A stretch of DNA of 64,000 nucleotides from an uncultured Candidatus Micrarchaeota archaeon (GTDB lineage: Archaea; Micrarchaeota; Micrarchaeia; Burarchaeales; Fermentimicrarchaeaceae): NCBI GenBank assembly GCA_963760615.1, contig CAVXDX010000008.1, forward strand, positions 1 to 64,000, written 5' to 3'. Position numbers and translations under genes: made by a program. Under the pieces are notes generated by a model. The model searched no databases. It was not told the DNA's origin and saw only the letters and a program-made list of their open reading frames with translations. Of this stretch, positions 1 through 9,028 are shown piece after piece; position 1 is the first letter of the stretch, and each line of letters opens with the position of its first letter.

Positions 1-446
1 GCTGCCTAAGTCGCTGTCGCCTTCTGCGTAAAAAGGCCACATTGTTATTTTCTCTTCCTTAACGAGTCCTTTATTTTCCTTACTTGTGGATAAATAATTT
101 GCGACACCCTGTCACTTTTTGGTATAATAAGCGAAAGGAGGGCGAACGGAAATGCAAAAAGAAAGAAGATTATTTAATCTCCGCGAACTCGAAAAATGCT
201 CAAATCACATTACAAAAAGCAAAATTCTGATTTAGAAGTATCCTTAGAATACTAAATTTGTTACATATGTCATTCATGAAAAGGGTAAACCCTGGGCGCG
301 GTCGTTGACAACAGAAGAGGCATTTACTGAGATAGCAAAGATTCTATTCCCGGATGAGGATGTCCGTATCGTACGAATGCAATCTGATCCCCCTAAAGTA
401 GAACTATTAATTGAAAAATCTTAACGGTCCCTTAGACTGAAATTCT

Positions 447-644
447 ATGCCCTACCAATACAAACGAGAACCCTTAAGCGACGACGAAGTCAATCGGCTC
501 ACCAATACCTGTGACGCCTTTGGGGAGAAATTCGTTATTTGGACCCTGCTTGGCACAGATCTCATGGTGAGTTCTTTGGGAGGACTTTGGCAACAGCTAT
601 TCATCTTGCGGAATGGCCTTTATGGCCATACTTTCAACCTGTAA
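447..644 (+). pseudogene. Decayed N-terminal fragment of a tyrosine recombinase/integrase
   Basis: MPYQYKREPLSDDEVNRLTNTC...KFVIWTLLGTDLMVS resembles the box I region (TLLxTGLRxSE), but the catalytic Arg is lost and the frame degenerates afterwards. Confidence 0.5.
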
Positions 645-1462
645 TCTTTAATTTTCTAAGCTTCTTACCCCCGAATGTTAGTAGGTGCAACGTTCAAGGG
701 ATACGGAGGGCTTTTGTGTTCACCTCTCCGATGATCAAATAACCCTCCCTCCATTTCTGCTTTTGGAGCAGGGGCTTACGGATAAGTTTCCCAAACCATC
801 ATTTCGCCTTTTGAATAACCCAATGGGCATATTCCCCAAAATTGAGATCCCCTCATTTTGGAGAAATTATGCTGATTAAGGAGTGAAGTTTTCAGAGGGT
901 ATCTTCTACGGAGAGGGATTACGTAGAGGGATAAGGAAATGCCATTATGCCTTTTCAAGAGAAATCTCATTAGGATAAAATCCATTTCCCCGAGGACTTC
1001 TACTTACTTGTTAAGGCTTCTTGGATTATTGTCGTCCGAATGTATGAGGGGGACACTCCCATATCTTGTGGTCGATTTTTCTTGACCTACTACTTTCTTT
1101 TTTGTATATTCAACCCATTTCGAAGCAAGTTCTTATCATTAGGAAATGACTTCTGTAGATAACTACCTACCTGACATCGAGTGTGGGAAGCACCCATTCA
1201 ACCCGGCGTCAGGTCATAGGAAATGAGGCAAGCCCTTACTTCCGCTTGCGGTTGACAAAGACGAAGCGGACTTTTTTACCGCTGCGTTTCACTTTCTTCG
1301 CATTGTTTATGCTATCTATAAATTCTTTGAGGTCAGGCAATTTTTTCTCGGCCACGGTACTTTCCTTCAGCTTGAATAATTCCAGTTATTACCCTAGCAT
1401 ATACACGTGCACAAAGCCAGTGTGGTATTATTGATTTACCGAGCCAGTTTCAGTCTACAACA

Positions 1463-1858
1463 ATGAAAAGAAACATTAAAGATTATCTGATAATTTTAGC
1501 CTCACTACTGGATGACGTAATCATAATCGGGCTGGTTATCCTGATACTCCGTATTTTCCACGTAAAAATCCTGCTGCCTGTAGCTATTTTCCTCGGCCTG
1601 GCCTGTGTGGCTCTGATATTTATCACCTATAAATTCCTGGTACCTGCTTACCGTAGAAAGATAACCACTGGCGCCGAGGGCGTGATTGGCCTAAAGGGCA
1701 GGGTGATTGAGCCGCTGGCGCCGGAAGGCGTCATCAAGATTAAAGATGAGTACTGGAAGGCACAAGCCGTTGATGGTAATATCAATGCCGGAGAAACTGT
1801 AGAGATAGTAGAGGTAGACGGGCTGCTGCTGAAAGTCAAAACGGAAAATCGAGGATAG
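1463..1858 (+). CDS. NfeD-family membrane protein (TM hairpin plus C-terminal OB fold)
   Basis: Two hydrophobic helices, then TGAEGVIGLKGRVIEPLAPEGVIKIKDEYWKA...GETVEIVEVDGLLLKV, the typical NfeD C-terminal signature. Confidence 0.88.
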   Translation: MKRNIKDYLIILASLLDDVIIIGLVILILRIFHVKILLPVAIFLGLACVALIFITYKFLVPAYRRKITTGAEGVIGLKGRVIEPLAPEGVIKIKDEYWKAQAVDGNINAGETVEIVEVDGLLLKVKTENRG

Positions 1859-1866
1859 TGCAAAGC

Positions 1867-2117
1867 ATGGACAAGTATCCTGTTAAAAAATATCCGTGAG
1901 GTCGGCGCGTGCGGGTTGAACTGTAATTTGTGCCCACGCTATCACATGGAAAGCGCATCGAAATGCCCCGGCTGCTGCGGACCCAGTTTCTGGCAAAAAC
2001 AACCCTCATGCAGCCTCATCACCTGCACCCTAAAGCAAAAGGGACTAGAAACCTGCGTCATCTGCCATGAGTTCGATAGTGACGCCAGGATAGCTAGAGT
2101 GTTCTTTCAACCCGTGA
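1867..2117 (+). pseudogene. DUF3795-like Cys-rich protein, frameshifted near the start and interrupted by a group II intron (possible 3' exon 2741..2814)
   Basis: MDKYPVKKYP, then a +1 frameshift to EVGACGLNCNLCPRY...CPGCCG...CSLITC...LETCVICHEF. Removing the intron joins a|tt and keeps the frame open to a TAA ending at 2814. Confidence 0.6.
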
Positions 2118-2740
2118 GTGCGCCACGAAGTTGCACAAGAGATGAGGGTAGGTCCCTCGGAGCCGGTTTACAGGGACAGGCTCCAAACCACCTTAAGCTG
2201 CTCTGGTCAAATGCCAGGGTGGTGAGCGTTAAGGAAAAGGCACTGTGAAAGGTGTCAGGTGAGGTTCAGGGAGGCGAGCGCAAGCGAACTACTGATGAGG
2301 TGTCGAAATGAAATTAGACGACGTCAAAACTGGTAGCTTACGGGATACCAGGATAAGTCCAGGAGAAACCTGCATACTGCCTGGGCGGCGTCCGGCATAA
2401 AGGTAGCGCGAACCTGAATCAGGCTCATGTGTGGAACGTGGGAACCTGTTATCCCGATGGTAAGGGAGAAACCCAAGTGGGGGACCCACGAGGGTGAGAG
2501 TACCGAGGCGGGATACAGGGGCGGAGTAACCCGTAGTAGCGATGAAGTCTCGTAATGGAGATGGAGCGAAGGGGTTGGATCATCTGGGCTTATTGCTTGG
2601 TCAACCAGTGACGGGAGGAGCTTGGTGATAAGGAAAGGTTCGCCGGAAATGGCGACGGGATGATAAGAGCCGGATGACGGGAGACTGTCACGTCCGGATC
2701 TGTGAGGGCCTGGGGGTGAAATTCCCCCGGGCTACTCGAC
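2118..2740 (+). ncRNA. ORF-less group II intron (623 nt)
   Basis: 5' end GTGCG at 2118. 34-nt domain V GAGCCGGATGACGGGAGACTGTCACGTCCGGATC (2667-2700, AGC triad). Domain VI hairpin ending ...CTACTCGAC at 2740. EBS1 TTACGG (2338-2343) pairs with IBS1 CCGTGA (2112-2117). No RT ORF. Confidence 0.9.
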
Positions 2741-3108
2741 TTGATAAACTTGATCGGCAAATGATCCAGTCCAAGCAGTTAAGAAATCTTAATTCAAACT
2801 TAATCTTTCTCTAATATTCTTTTGGTATTAATACCGCATGATGAGATCGATGAATTTCGTGACGAGGAAACTTACGCAGAAGGTCGATCTGTGATTACAA
2901 AAAAGGTATTTGAAGAATACCCCATAAAGATAATAATTGCTTCTCTCTGTATGCTGTTGTTCATCGGCCTTAAGATCTGGGATTACTGTGCCGAATTCTT
3001 TTTAGGTTTTAAAAGAAATTAACACGAGGAAAGTAAATACTTAAAACTAATGGGAGTGGTAAAGCTAATGTGTACGGTAGTTGACGTAGAAAGAAGGGGC
3101 GATTAAGT

Positions 3109-3459
3109 ATGAAAAATAGATATCTAAACAAAGTATTACCTGTAACTGTTATAACACTTTTACTTCTATTAGGTTGTGCAAGCACCAAATACCTCCCATC
3201 AAGCTCTGAAACCTATCCTCCAACAAGTAATACAGAGGTTTATGTCTATTGGAACAAACCGGATAGGTCTTATATAGAGATGGGTACGATTACTGTCAAG
3301 GCACACAGTGACACTGGGATGTTAGAGGGGTTCAAGCAGAAGGCAATGGAAATAGGTGCTGATGGAGTCTTTATAAAGTCCATAGATAATCAGTTACGGT
3401 TCGATAGCCATATATGGTTTTTACTGGTGCCCCTATTCGAGCAGAGGGTGTCGCAATAA
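3109..3459 (+). CDS. Putative bacterial lipoprotein (YbjQ/heavy-metal-binding-like fold)
   Basis: Lipobox LLLLLGC; YIEMGTITV...FKQKAMEIGADGV motif. Confidence 0.6.
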   Translation: MKNRYLNKVLPVTVITLLLLLGCASTKYLPSSSETYPPTSNTEVYVYWNKPDRSYIEMGTITVKAHSDTGMLEGFKQKAMEIGADGVFIKSIDNQLRFDSHIWFLLVPLFEQRVSQ

Positions 3460-3689
3460 AATTTAAAGATACATCACTTGAGAAATAGACAAAAAAAGGA
3501 AGAGGGAATTAAAAGTATTTTCTCTCTTTATGTCATTGCCAGTTCACCGCAGTCTGAAACGTTCCTGTGTGGAGAATTTACGGATTATCCACGATAAGAA
3601 TTTAGCATCACTCTACACAAAGAATTGGCAGGGGCACGCTCAACACTCGGAGGTTTATATTGGGAGAGGGAGGTAGTAAAGTGGGAGCC

Positions 3690-4283
3690 ATGAAGAAGGT
3701 TAAGATTTTAACTATTGTATTCAGCATCTTTTTAGTAGGTTGTTTTGCTTCCGCTCGGTCTTCTAAGCCTCGCTCAGATCCAGTCGGCTTCAGGGGTATC
3801 AGGTGGGGGACCGAGATATCTACGTTGAAAGACATGGAGAAAGTTGAACAAGACAAATCATCCAATAGTGACTTAGTCTGGTATACAAGAAAAGGGGATA
3901 CATTCGCAATAGGTAAGGCAAAAGTTGAAACCACCTTCTATTCATTTTGGATGGGAAACTTCGAGAGTGTGTGGATTGATATTAAAGGTGACGAAAATTT
4001 TGAGACTCTTAAAAAAGAGTTATTTGAACTATCCGGAAAGGTCCTTGAGTCTGAGGAACTTATGAAAAAGATGGATAAAAAAGCAGAGAGAGAACCATCT
4101 ACGATAGAACATGCGGAAGAATTTTATGCTTGGGAGGGCAAAAATACAGAGATGTCGTTGTCATATTCTAAGAATCTCCATAAGGGAACCCTCTACATTA
4201 ATTCCAGAATGATTGGCGAGGAAAGAAGAGCCTATGAAAAGCAAAAAGAAAAAGAAAAAAGGTTAAAGGAAAGGGGATTCTAA
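3690..4283 (+). CDS. Putative lipoprotein, function unknown
   Basis: MKKVKILTIVFSIFLVGC lipobox; 197-aa ORF. Confidence 0.7.
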   Translation: MKKVKILTIVFSIFLVGCFASARSSKPRSDPVGFRGIRWGTEISTLKDMEKVEQDKSSNSDLVWYTRKGDTFAIGKAKVETTFYSFWMGNFESVWIDIKGDENFETLKKELFELSGKVLESEELMKKMDKKAEREPSTIEHAEEFYAWEGKNTEMSLSYSKNLHKGTLYINSRMIGEERRAYEKQKEKEKRLKERGF

Positions 4284-4317
4284 GACGTGAAGACTATCCT
4301 CATTTTCGGGGGTTCCT

Positions 4318-4446
4318 ATGGCAATTAGTCTTCACCCAAAACAAGTTGTCTCCTTTGAAGACCTCCTCATGTCCCAGGTAGTATCTAGGGAAGCTCATGT
4401 AAGATTATTTGTGGGAAAAGGGGTATTCACCAAGGAGGAGTTTTAG
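4318..4446 (+). pseudogene. Truncated small hypothetical protein
   Basis: MAISLHPKQVVSFEDLLMSQVVSREAHVRLFVGKGVFTKEEF* resembles (from recall) a small deltaproteobacterial protein family that normally extends further. Confidence 0.4.
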
Positions 4447-4507
4447 TGATGGAAAGCGGCAGGCGAGGAGATAAGGCTAAAAAAGAAAGAAGCATGACAG
4501 TGTAATT

Positions 4508-4927
4508 ATGAGATCAATACTAATCGCTGTTTTAATAGGTGGGTTCGTGTTATTAGTATTTTTTTCCTGTGCTACAGTCCCTACCGGACCTCTCGGATCA
4601 GGCGAGCTAAGATTGTTAAGTATTGATGTTCTTGGAAACGAGGGGATCAAGGCAAGATCATCATATGAGGTGGGTATTCATTTTGAGGCAGACGGGAAAC
4701 CGGAGATCGAAACAGCTTGCTTCTCCTGGTCGGGCGATCGTCCAAGCTGTTATAAAGTAAAGGATGTAGAATTTGGATCACCAGGAACCATCAAGGTAAG
4801 GCTTCGTACTAACGACCCCGGCGAATATATATTGGAAGGTTACGTTGAATATGTTCGGGACGGGAAGAAACAAAAGACTAATGTGGTTAGTTCCCAAATA
4901 CTTGTTAAGGGAAGAAAAAAACGATGA
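4508..4927 (+). CDS. Putative lipoprotein with Ig-like beta fold
   Basis: Signal peptide ending VFFSC; beta-rich body. Confidence 0.7.
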   Translation: MRSILIAVLIGGFVLLVFFSCATVPTGPLGSGELRLLSIDVLGNEGIKARSSYEVGIHFEADGKPEIETACFSWSGDRPSCYKVKDVEFGSPGTIKVRLRTNDPGEYILEGYVEYVRDGKKQKTNVVSSQILVKGRKKR

Positions 4928-5307
4928 TAGGTTCTCGAATATCTGTCATTAAGGGTCGAGACCACCCACTGCATAGGATTTGAGGCAATTACAGCTTTCG
5001 CCAGAGAGATGCCTGATCAGTTCATCGTTAATGCAGCCGGGCCCAGATACACATTTACAGTTTGATTGAAATAGGCGGAGTGGTTGCCAACCAACTATCC
5101 ACTCCGCCCCACTTATTTCAGGTGTGCATATTTCTAACAGAAATCGTCAACTTTGAAGGTTAGCCTGAAGTGAAGAGTAGGTGGAAGTGTTAAATCGGCA
5201 TCGAGAGCATGATGAGCGGGCTTTTTGCATCGAACTTCATCTACTTCCCGAAGGGGTATGCATTGGAGGAAAAAGGTTTAAAGGAAGGATGAGCTAAACC
5301 TATCCGC

Positions 5308-5380
5308 AGCCCCGTCATCTAGTGGTCAAGGATGGGAGCCTCTGGAGCTCCACACGCCGGTTCGAATCCGACCGGGGCTA
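5308..5380 (+). tRNA. tRNA-Gln(CTG), archaeal type, no encoded CCA
   Basis: Acceptor stem AGCCCCG/CGGGGCT with A1-U72. Anticodon arm GGAGC-CTCTGGA-GCTCC. T loop TTCGAAT. TATA-like TTTAAA about 30 bp upstream. Confidence 0.93.
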
Positions 5381-5434
5381 TTAAGAAGCCTAGTCTGACA
5401 ACTAGTTGGAATAAAGATAACAAGGAGTCATCAC

Positions 5435-5836
5435 TCAGCCCATCTTTGCATAAACATAGCTCTTTACAGCTTCCTTCGCCTTCTTTATGTCATCCACCTT
5501 GAAGGCGAATATGCCCTCATTCCCCTTCTTCTCAAGGCTGTAAACGCTTCTTATGTTAACTCCCTTGAAGGCGAGTATTGCCGCAACTGTGCCCATCTCC
5601 CCTGGTCTGTCCTTGAGCTTCAGAACCAGCACTTCAGCCACCGCAGTGAGAAAGCCGGCCTCCTCCAGTATCTTCTTCACCTTCTCCGTATCCTTTACAA
5701 TGATGTGCAGAACTGCTGTGCCGCCTATGCTCTCGGCGGAGATGTAATCTATGTTAATTTTCTTCTCGCTCATCCTATTGGAAATTTTGGCCAGGAGGCC
5801 AACCCTGTCTTCAGCAAAAACTGTTAATTCCTTCAT
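5435..5836 (-). CDS. Tandem ACT-domain protein
   Basis: Two ACT repeats: EDRVGLLAKIS...INIDYI and KDRPGEMGTVA...VNIRSV. Confidence 0.88.
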   Translation of the reverse strand: MKELTVFAEDRVGLLAKISNRMSEKKINIDYISAESIGGTAVLHIIVKDTEKVKKILEEAGFLTAVAEVLVLKLKDRPGEMGTVAAILAFKGVNIRSVYSLEKKGNEGIFAFKVDDIKKAKEAVKSYVYAKMG

Positions 5837-5886
5837 TTTATCCCCCCATAGAACCTATTGAGATGGAGGTATATTAAATTATTGTT

Positions 5887-6186
5887 TCAACCTTCAACCC
5901 ACTTGATGAATTCCCTGGAGCCTCTCTCCACTTTGAGGGCAACTATGCACGGCGTATCATAGGAGTGGAGCTGCTTCACCCTTCTCTCAAGCTTCCCGTA
6001 GTTCCTCTCGCTTGTCTTTGCAATTAGTATGCACTCCTTACTCATCTCAAGCTTCCCCTTCCAGAAAAAGATTGATTTCATATGCGGAATAATGTTCACG
6101 CATCTTGCAAGTCCTTCTTTAACAATTGTTTCCCCAACCTTTCCAGCTTCTGCCTCGCTTGGGAATGTGATGTAGACTAAAAGCAT
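5887..6186 (-). CDS. cutA: Divalent-cation tolerance protein CutA
   Basis: VYITFP...LARCVNI...SIFFWKGK...HSYDTPCIV. Confidence 0.95.
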   Translation of the reverse strand: MLLVYITFPSEAEAGKVGETIVKEGLARCVNIIPHMKSIFFWKGKLEMSKECILIAKTSERNYGKLERRVKQLHSYDTPCIVALKVERGSREFIKWVEG

Positions 6187-7169
6187 CAGTCCCCCTCTGA
6201 GAATTCATCCAGCGTCATCTGGGATGCCTTGCTGATTGTTTTTGCGTCATAGCCCCTCCTCCTGAGCTCGCTGGCAAGCCTCACTGTCTCTCCATGGGTG
6301 CAGTATATTTTCTTGGGGGAACTCCTCTCGACATATTCGATGAGCTGGTTGAAATCAGCGTGGTCGCTCAGGGGGAAAGCCCTGTTCGCTGAGTATGCAT
6401 ACCTCAGTGCCCAGCCGCTGGCAACGGCACAGACCACCTTTCTGTTGTATACTCCCTCAAGCTTGCTACAGAAGCCCCTGCTTGCAGATGCAGGAGTGAC
6501 AATTGAGAGGAATTCGTGCTTCATGATTTCCTCTGCCTCATCCGTCCTCACAGGTACTCTGTCAAGCTTGACCCCGAACTTTTCATAAACTGCGCAGGCC
6601 CTTTCAATATTAGACTCAACAACGGGTGCTATGCCCAAATAGTGGTTTGCGAGTTTGACCAGCTCCTGCGCCTTGCCTATGGCATACCCTCCGAGCAGCA
6701 CTATGGCTCCTCTTTCAAGGTTGCTCCTCACCCATCTTGCCATGCAGGAGTACACAAAATCCCTCTCGGGGAAAACCATCTCCGGTGAGCCGTAGGTGCT
6801 CTCGATGAGCAGCACATCACATTTCCCAACCTCTGCTCCTTTCGTTGTGAGCGAATCCTGAAGCTTGAAATCTCCAGTATAAACAAAGCTCTCCCCATCC
6901 AGCTCAGCTCTGAGCTGCTTTGAGCCTAGTATGTGCCCTGAATTGAGAAGCTGTATTTTCACCCCATCCAGCTTGAGGGGAGAGACTTCATTTGAGCAGC
7001 CGGCAAGGGCAAGCGTTTCATCGGATGCAAGTATGCTTTTCCCTACTGCCCGGAGAGCTGCCACATGATCTGAGTGCGCATGCGAAACGAAGCAGTTCGT
7101 CCTACCGCATCCATCCAGCGAGATGGCGGTATCGCCCATCTCCAGATTCATGGCAGCATCCAGTCGCAT
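6186..7169 (-). CDS. MBL-fold beta-CASP nuclease with a C-terminal PIP-box-like motif
   Basis: SHAHSDH, GHILGS, YTGDF, LSDHADF and THGE motifs; C-terminal QMTLDEF. Confidence 0.88.
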   Translation of the reverse strand: MRLDAAMNLEMGDTAISLDGCGRTNCFVSHAHSDHVAALRAVGKSILASDETLALAGCSNEVSPLKLDGVKIQLLNSGHILGSKQLRAELDGESFVYTGDFKLQDSLTTKGAEVGKCDVLLIESTYGSPEMVFPERDFVYSCMARWVRSNLERGAIVLLGGYAIGKAQELVKLANHYLGIAPVVESNIERACAVYEKFGVKLDRVPVRTDEAEEIMKHEFLSIVTPASASRGFCSKLEGVYNRKVVCAVASGWALRYAYSANRAFPLSDHADFNQLIEYVERSSPKKIYCTHGETVRLASELRRRGYDAKTISKASQMTLDEFSEGD

Positions 7170-7295
7170 GCTTCAATTTCTCAGAGAGTGGTATATATAG
7201 CTTACCTGAAATTATTCTGGTTGTGAATACGCGAAAAACAAGTTTCCACAGTAAGCTTAATATATACCGGGCTATAACTACTCTTAGGTGATAGG

Positions 7296-7559
7296 ATGCC
7301 TGAAGAATACAGGTTTCTCTCTTTGAGCATAAAGGCGCACTGGCTGCATATATTTTTCGTACTCTTCCCAGTTGCGACAACGCTCTATGTCATGGCACTT
7401 GCGAATCCGTTTACCCTGCTCAAACCAGGTGCGGTCAGCGATGTTGACATATCAAGGGCGACGCTCTGGACGCTGATATCAATAAACGTTTCGCTTATAT
7501 TCATACTGGTTGAGCTCACGACATTGTACCTACTGTGGTTCACCCAGCGAAAAAGATGA
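7296..7559 (+). CDS. Small two-TM membrane protein
   Basis: 87 aa, two hydrophobic segments, SD-like GGTGA upstream. Confidence 0.6.
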   Translation: MPEEYRFLSLSIKAHWLHIFFVLFPVATTLYVMALANPFTLLKPGAVSDVDISRATLWTLISINVSLIFILVELTTLYLLWFTQRKR

Positions 7560-7595
7560 GTGCAGAAAAGTGAACTGCCTTCCCAGTACAATTAA

Positions 7596-7908
7596 CGGAG
7601 TGAGCGAGAAACCCACACTCTCCAGAGGTGGGATGAAAGCGAGCGAATAGGTTCACTGGAAAGCTACCCCTCCAGAAGATTTATATACGCCCTTCCCCAC
7701 CATTATCAACATTGCACCGCTGACCCGTAGGCGAATAGAGGTCGCAACACGAACTATCTGCATCAACTCTTGTATTGCGTAAAGCCGGCAAGGGTGGTGT
7801 GCGGAGGCGGAATAGGGAGGGGCACTCCCGAATGAAAGCATGTCTGAGAACCCAGCGGGTGTTCTTTGACGCATGAAGCCCACACCCTTCAGGGTGGGAG
7901 CATGTCAC
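7596..7908 (+). mobile_element. Non-autonomous IS200/IS605 (IS1341-type) derivative: left end plus tnpB 3' relic/omega-RNA region and right end
   Basis: Left-end GAGAAACCCACACTC..GAGGTGGGATGAAAGCGA and TTCACTGGAAAG.TACCCCTCC match the element at 33379. Right end ...GGTGGGAGCATGTCAC matches 34687. The interior has a degenerate tnpB C-terminus (GRNTN...IGRGTPE). Confidence 0.85.
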
Positions 7909-7918
7909 GGTAGTTCAA

Positions 7919-8596
7919 ATGATGAAGAAAACACACCTCGATTTGCTCCTTTTGCTACTGCGGGAAGGCGGGGGGACCGAAAAAGTTTTTGCCACCACAA
8001 ACGACATTGCAAGGGAGCTGAGGATCTCCCAGCAGAGCACCTCGAGGTGGATTATACAGCTTGAGAAGGCCGGGTTTGTTGAGAGGGGGCATTCCAGCAT
8101 CTGGCTGACGAGCAGGGCGCTGGATGAGCTCATGAGGGTATATTTTCTTATGAAGAGCTCCTTTGAGGAGGAGTTTCCTGTAAAGCTCTCGGGGAGTGTT
8201 GTCTCAGGTTTGAAGGATGGTAAGTACTACCTGTCGCTCCCCAAGTACACGAGGCAGTTTGTAAAGAAGCTAGGCTTCACCCCCTACCCCGGAACCCTCA
8301 ATATAGTTATAGAGGACAGAAGCAAGAAGTCCATGCTGGGCAGGATGAAGGGGATTGTTGTTGACGGGTTCAGTATCGGCAACCGCGTTCTGGGGAAGGT
8401 GAAATGCTTCCCTGTGCTGATAAACAAGAGGGTGAAAGGCGCACTGGTGCTCCCGGAAAGGTCGCACTACAGCTCGGACACCATTGAGATTGTCTCCCAG
8501 CACAACCTTAGGGAGAAGCTCGGGCTGAATGACGGGAGCAAAGTGGAGATAGAGCTGCTGAAACCTCCCGACTCCGCCCCCAGGAGCCGGAGATGA
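7919..8596 (+). CDS. ribK: CTP-dependent riboflavin kinase with N-terminal HTH
   Basis: N-terminal HTH; GSVVSGLKDGKYY, LGFTPYPGTLN, PERSHY, IEIVS..NLREKLGLNDG. Confidence 0.95.
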   Translation: MMKKTHLDLLLLLLREGGGTEKVFATTNDIARELRISQQSTSRWIIQLEKAGFVERGHSSIWLTSRALDELMRVYFLMKSSFEEEFPVKLSGSVVSGLKDGKYYLSLPKYTRQFVKKLGFTPYPGTLNIVIEDRSKKSMLGRMKGIVVDGFSIGNRVLGKVKCFPVLINKRVKGALVLPERSHYSSDTIEIVSQHNLREKLGLNDGSKVEIELLKPPDSAPRSRR

Positions 8597-8730
8597 GGGA
8601 GTTCAGATATATTTATAAATTGAGCAATGCATATTATAGGATATAACGGAAGGAAAGCCGTACTGTCTGACTGCTGAATGCAGAAAGGAAGGAAAGCTAT
8701 TTCTGACGTTTAAAAGAAGAGGTGTAAAGT

Positions 8731-8970
8731 ATGGAATTTGGAAGAAGACCCGATTTTGGCCCTAAACCTGTTCAGGTTGGGGAAGAGAGGGAAGTGACAA
8801 TAGAGGCAGTTGCATCCAAAGGGGATGGAATTGCAAAGGTTGAGGGGTTTGTTATATTTGTCCCCAATGCCAAGGTTGGAGAGAAAATAAAGGTGAAAAT
8901 AACCGATGTGAAGAGAACATGCGCAATTGCAGAGAAGATCGGTGAAGCCGGCGAAGCTCCAGCTGCTTAG
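8731..8970 (+). CDS. Stand-alone TRAM-domain RNA-binding protein
   Basis: PVQVGEEREVTIEAVASKGDGIAKVEGFVIFVP, the archaeal single-TRAM signature. Confidence 0.93.
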   Translation: MEFGRRPDFGPKPVQVGEEREVTIEAVASKGDGIAKVEGFVIFVPNAKVGEKIKVKITDVKRTCAIAEKIGEAGEAPAA

Positions 8971-9028
8971 AGGAATAAACTGAAAACTTTCTTTTTTTCT
9001 TGTTTTTTCTTTTTGTGATATTAACTTC

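Noticed and set aside
150-430. Possible RusA-like or other gene fragments
   Set aside because: Interrupted by stops in all frames, with too little similarity to name.
2118-2740. Class IIC (terminator/attC-targeting) intron
   Set aside because: Domain V is the full 34 nt with an AGC triad rather than the shortened CGC type, and no terminator hairpin lies immediately upstream.
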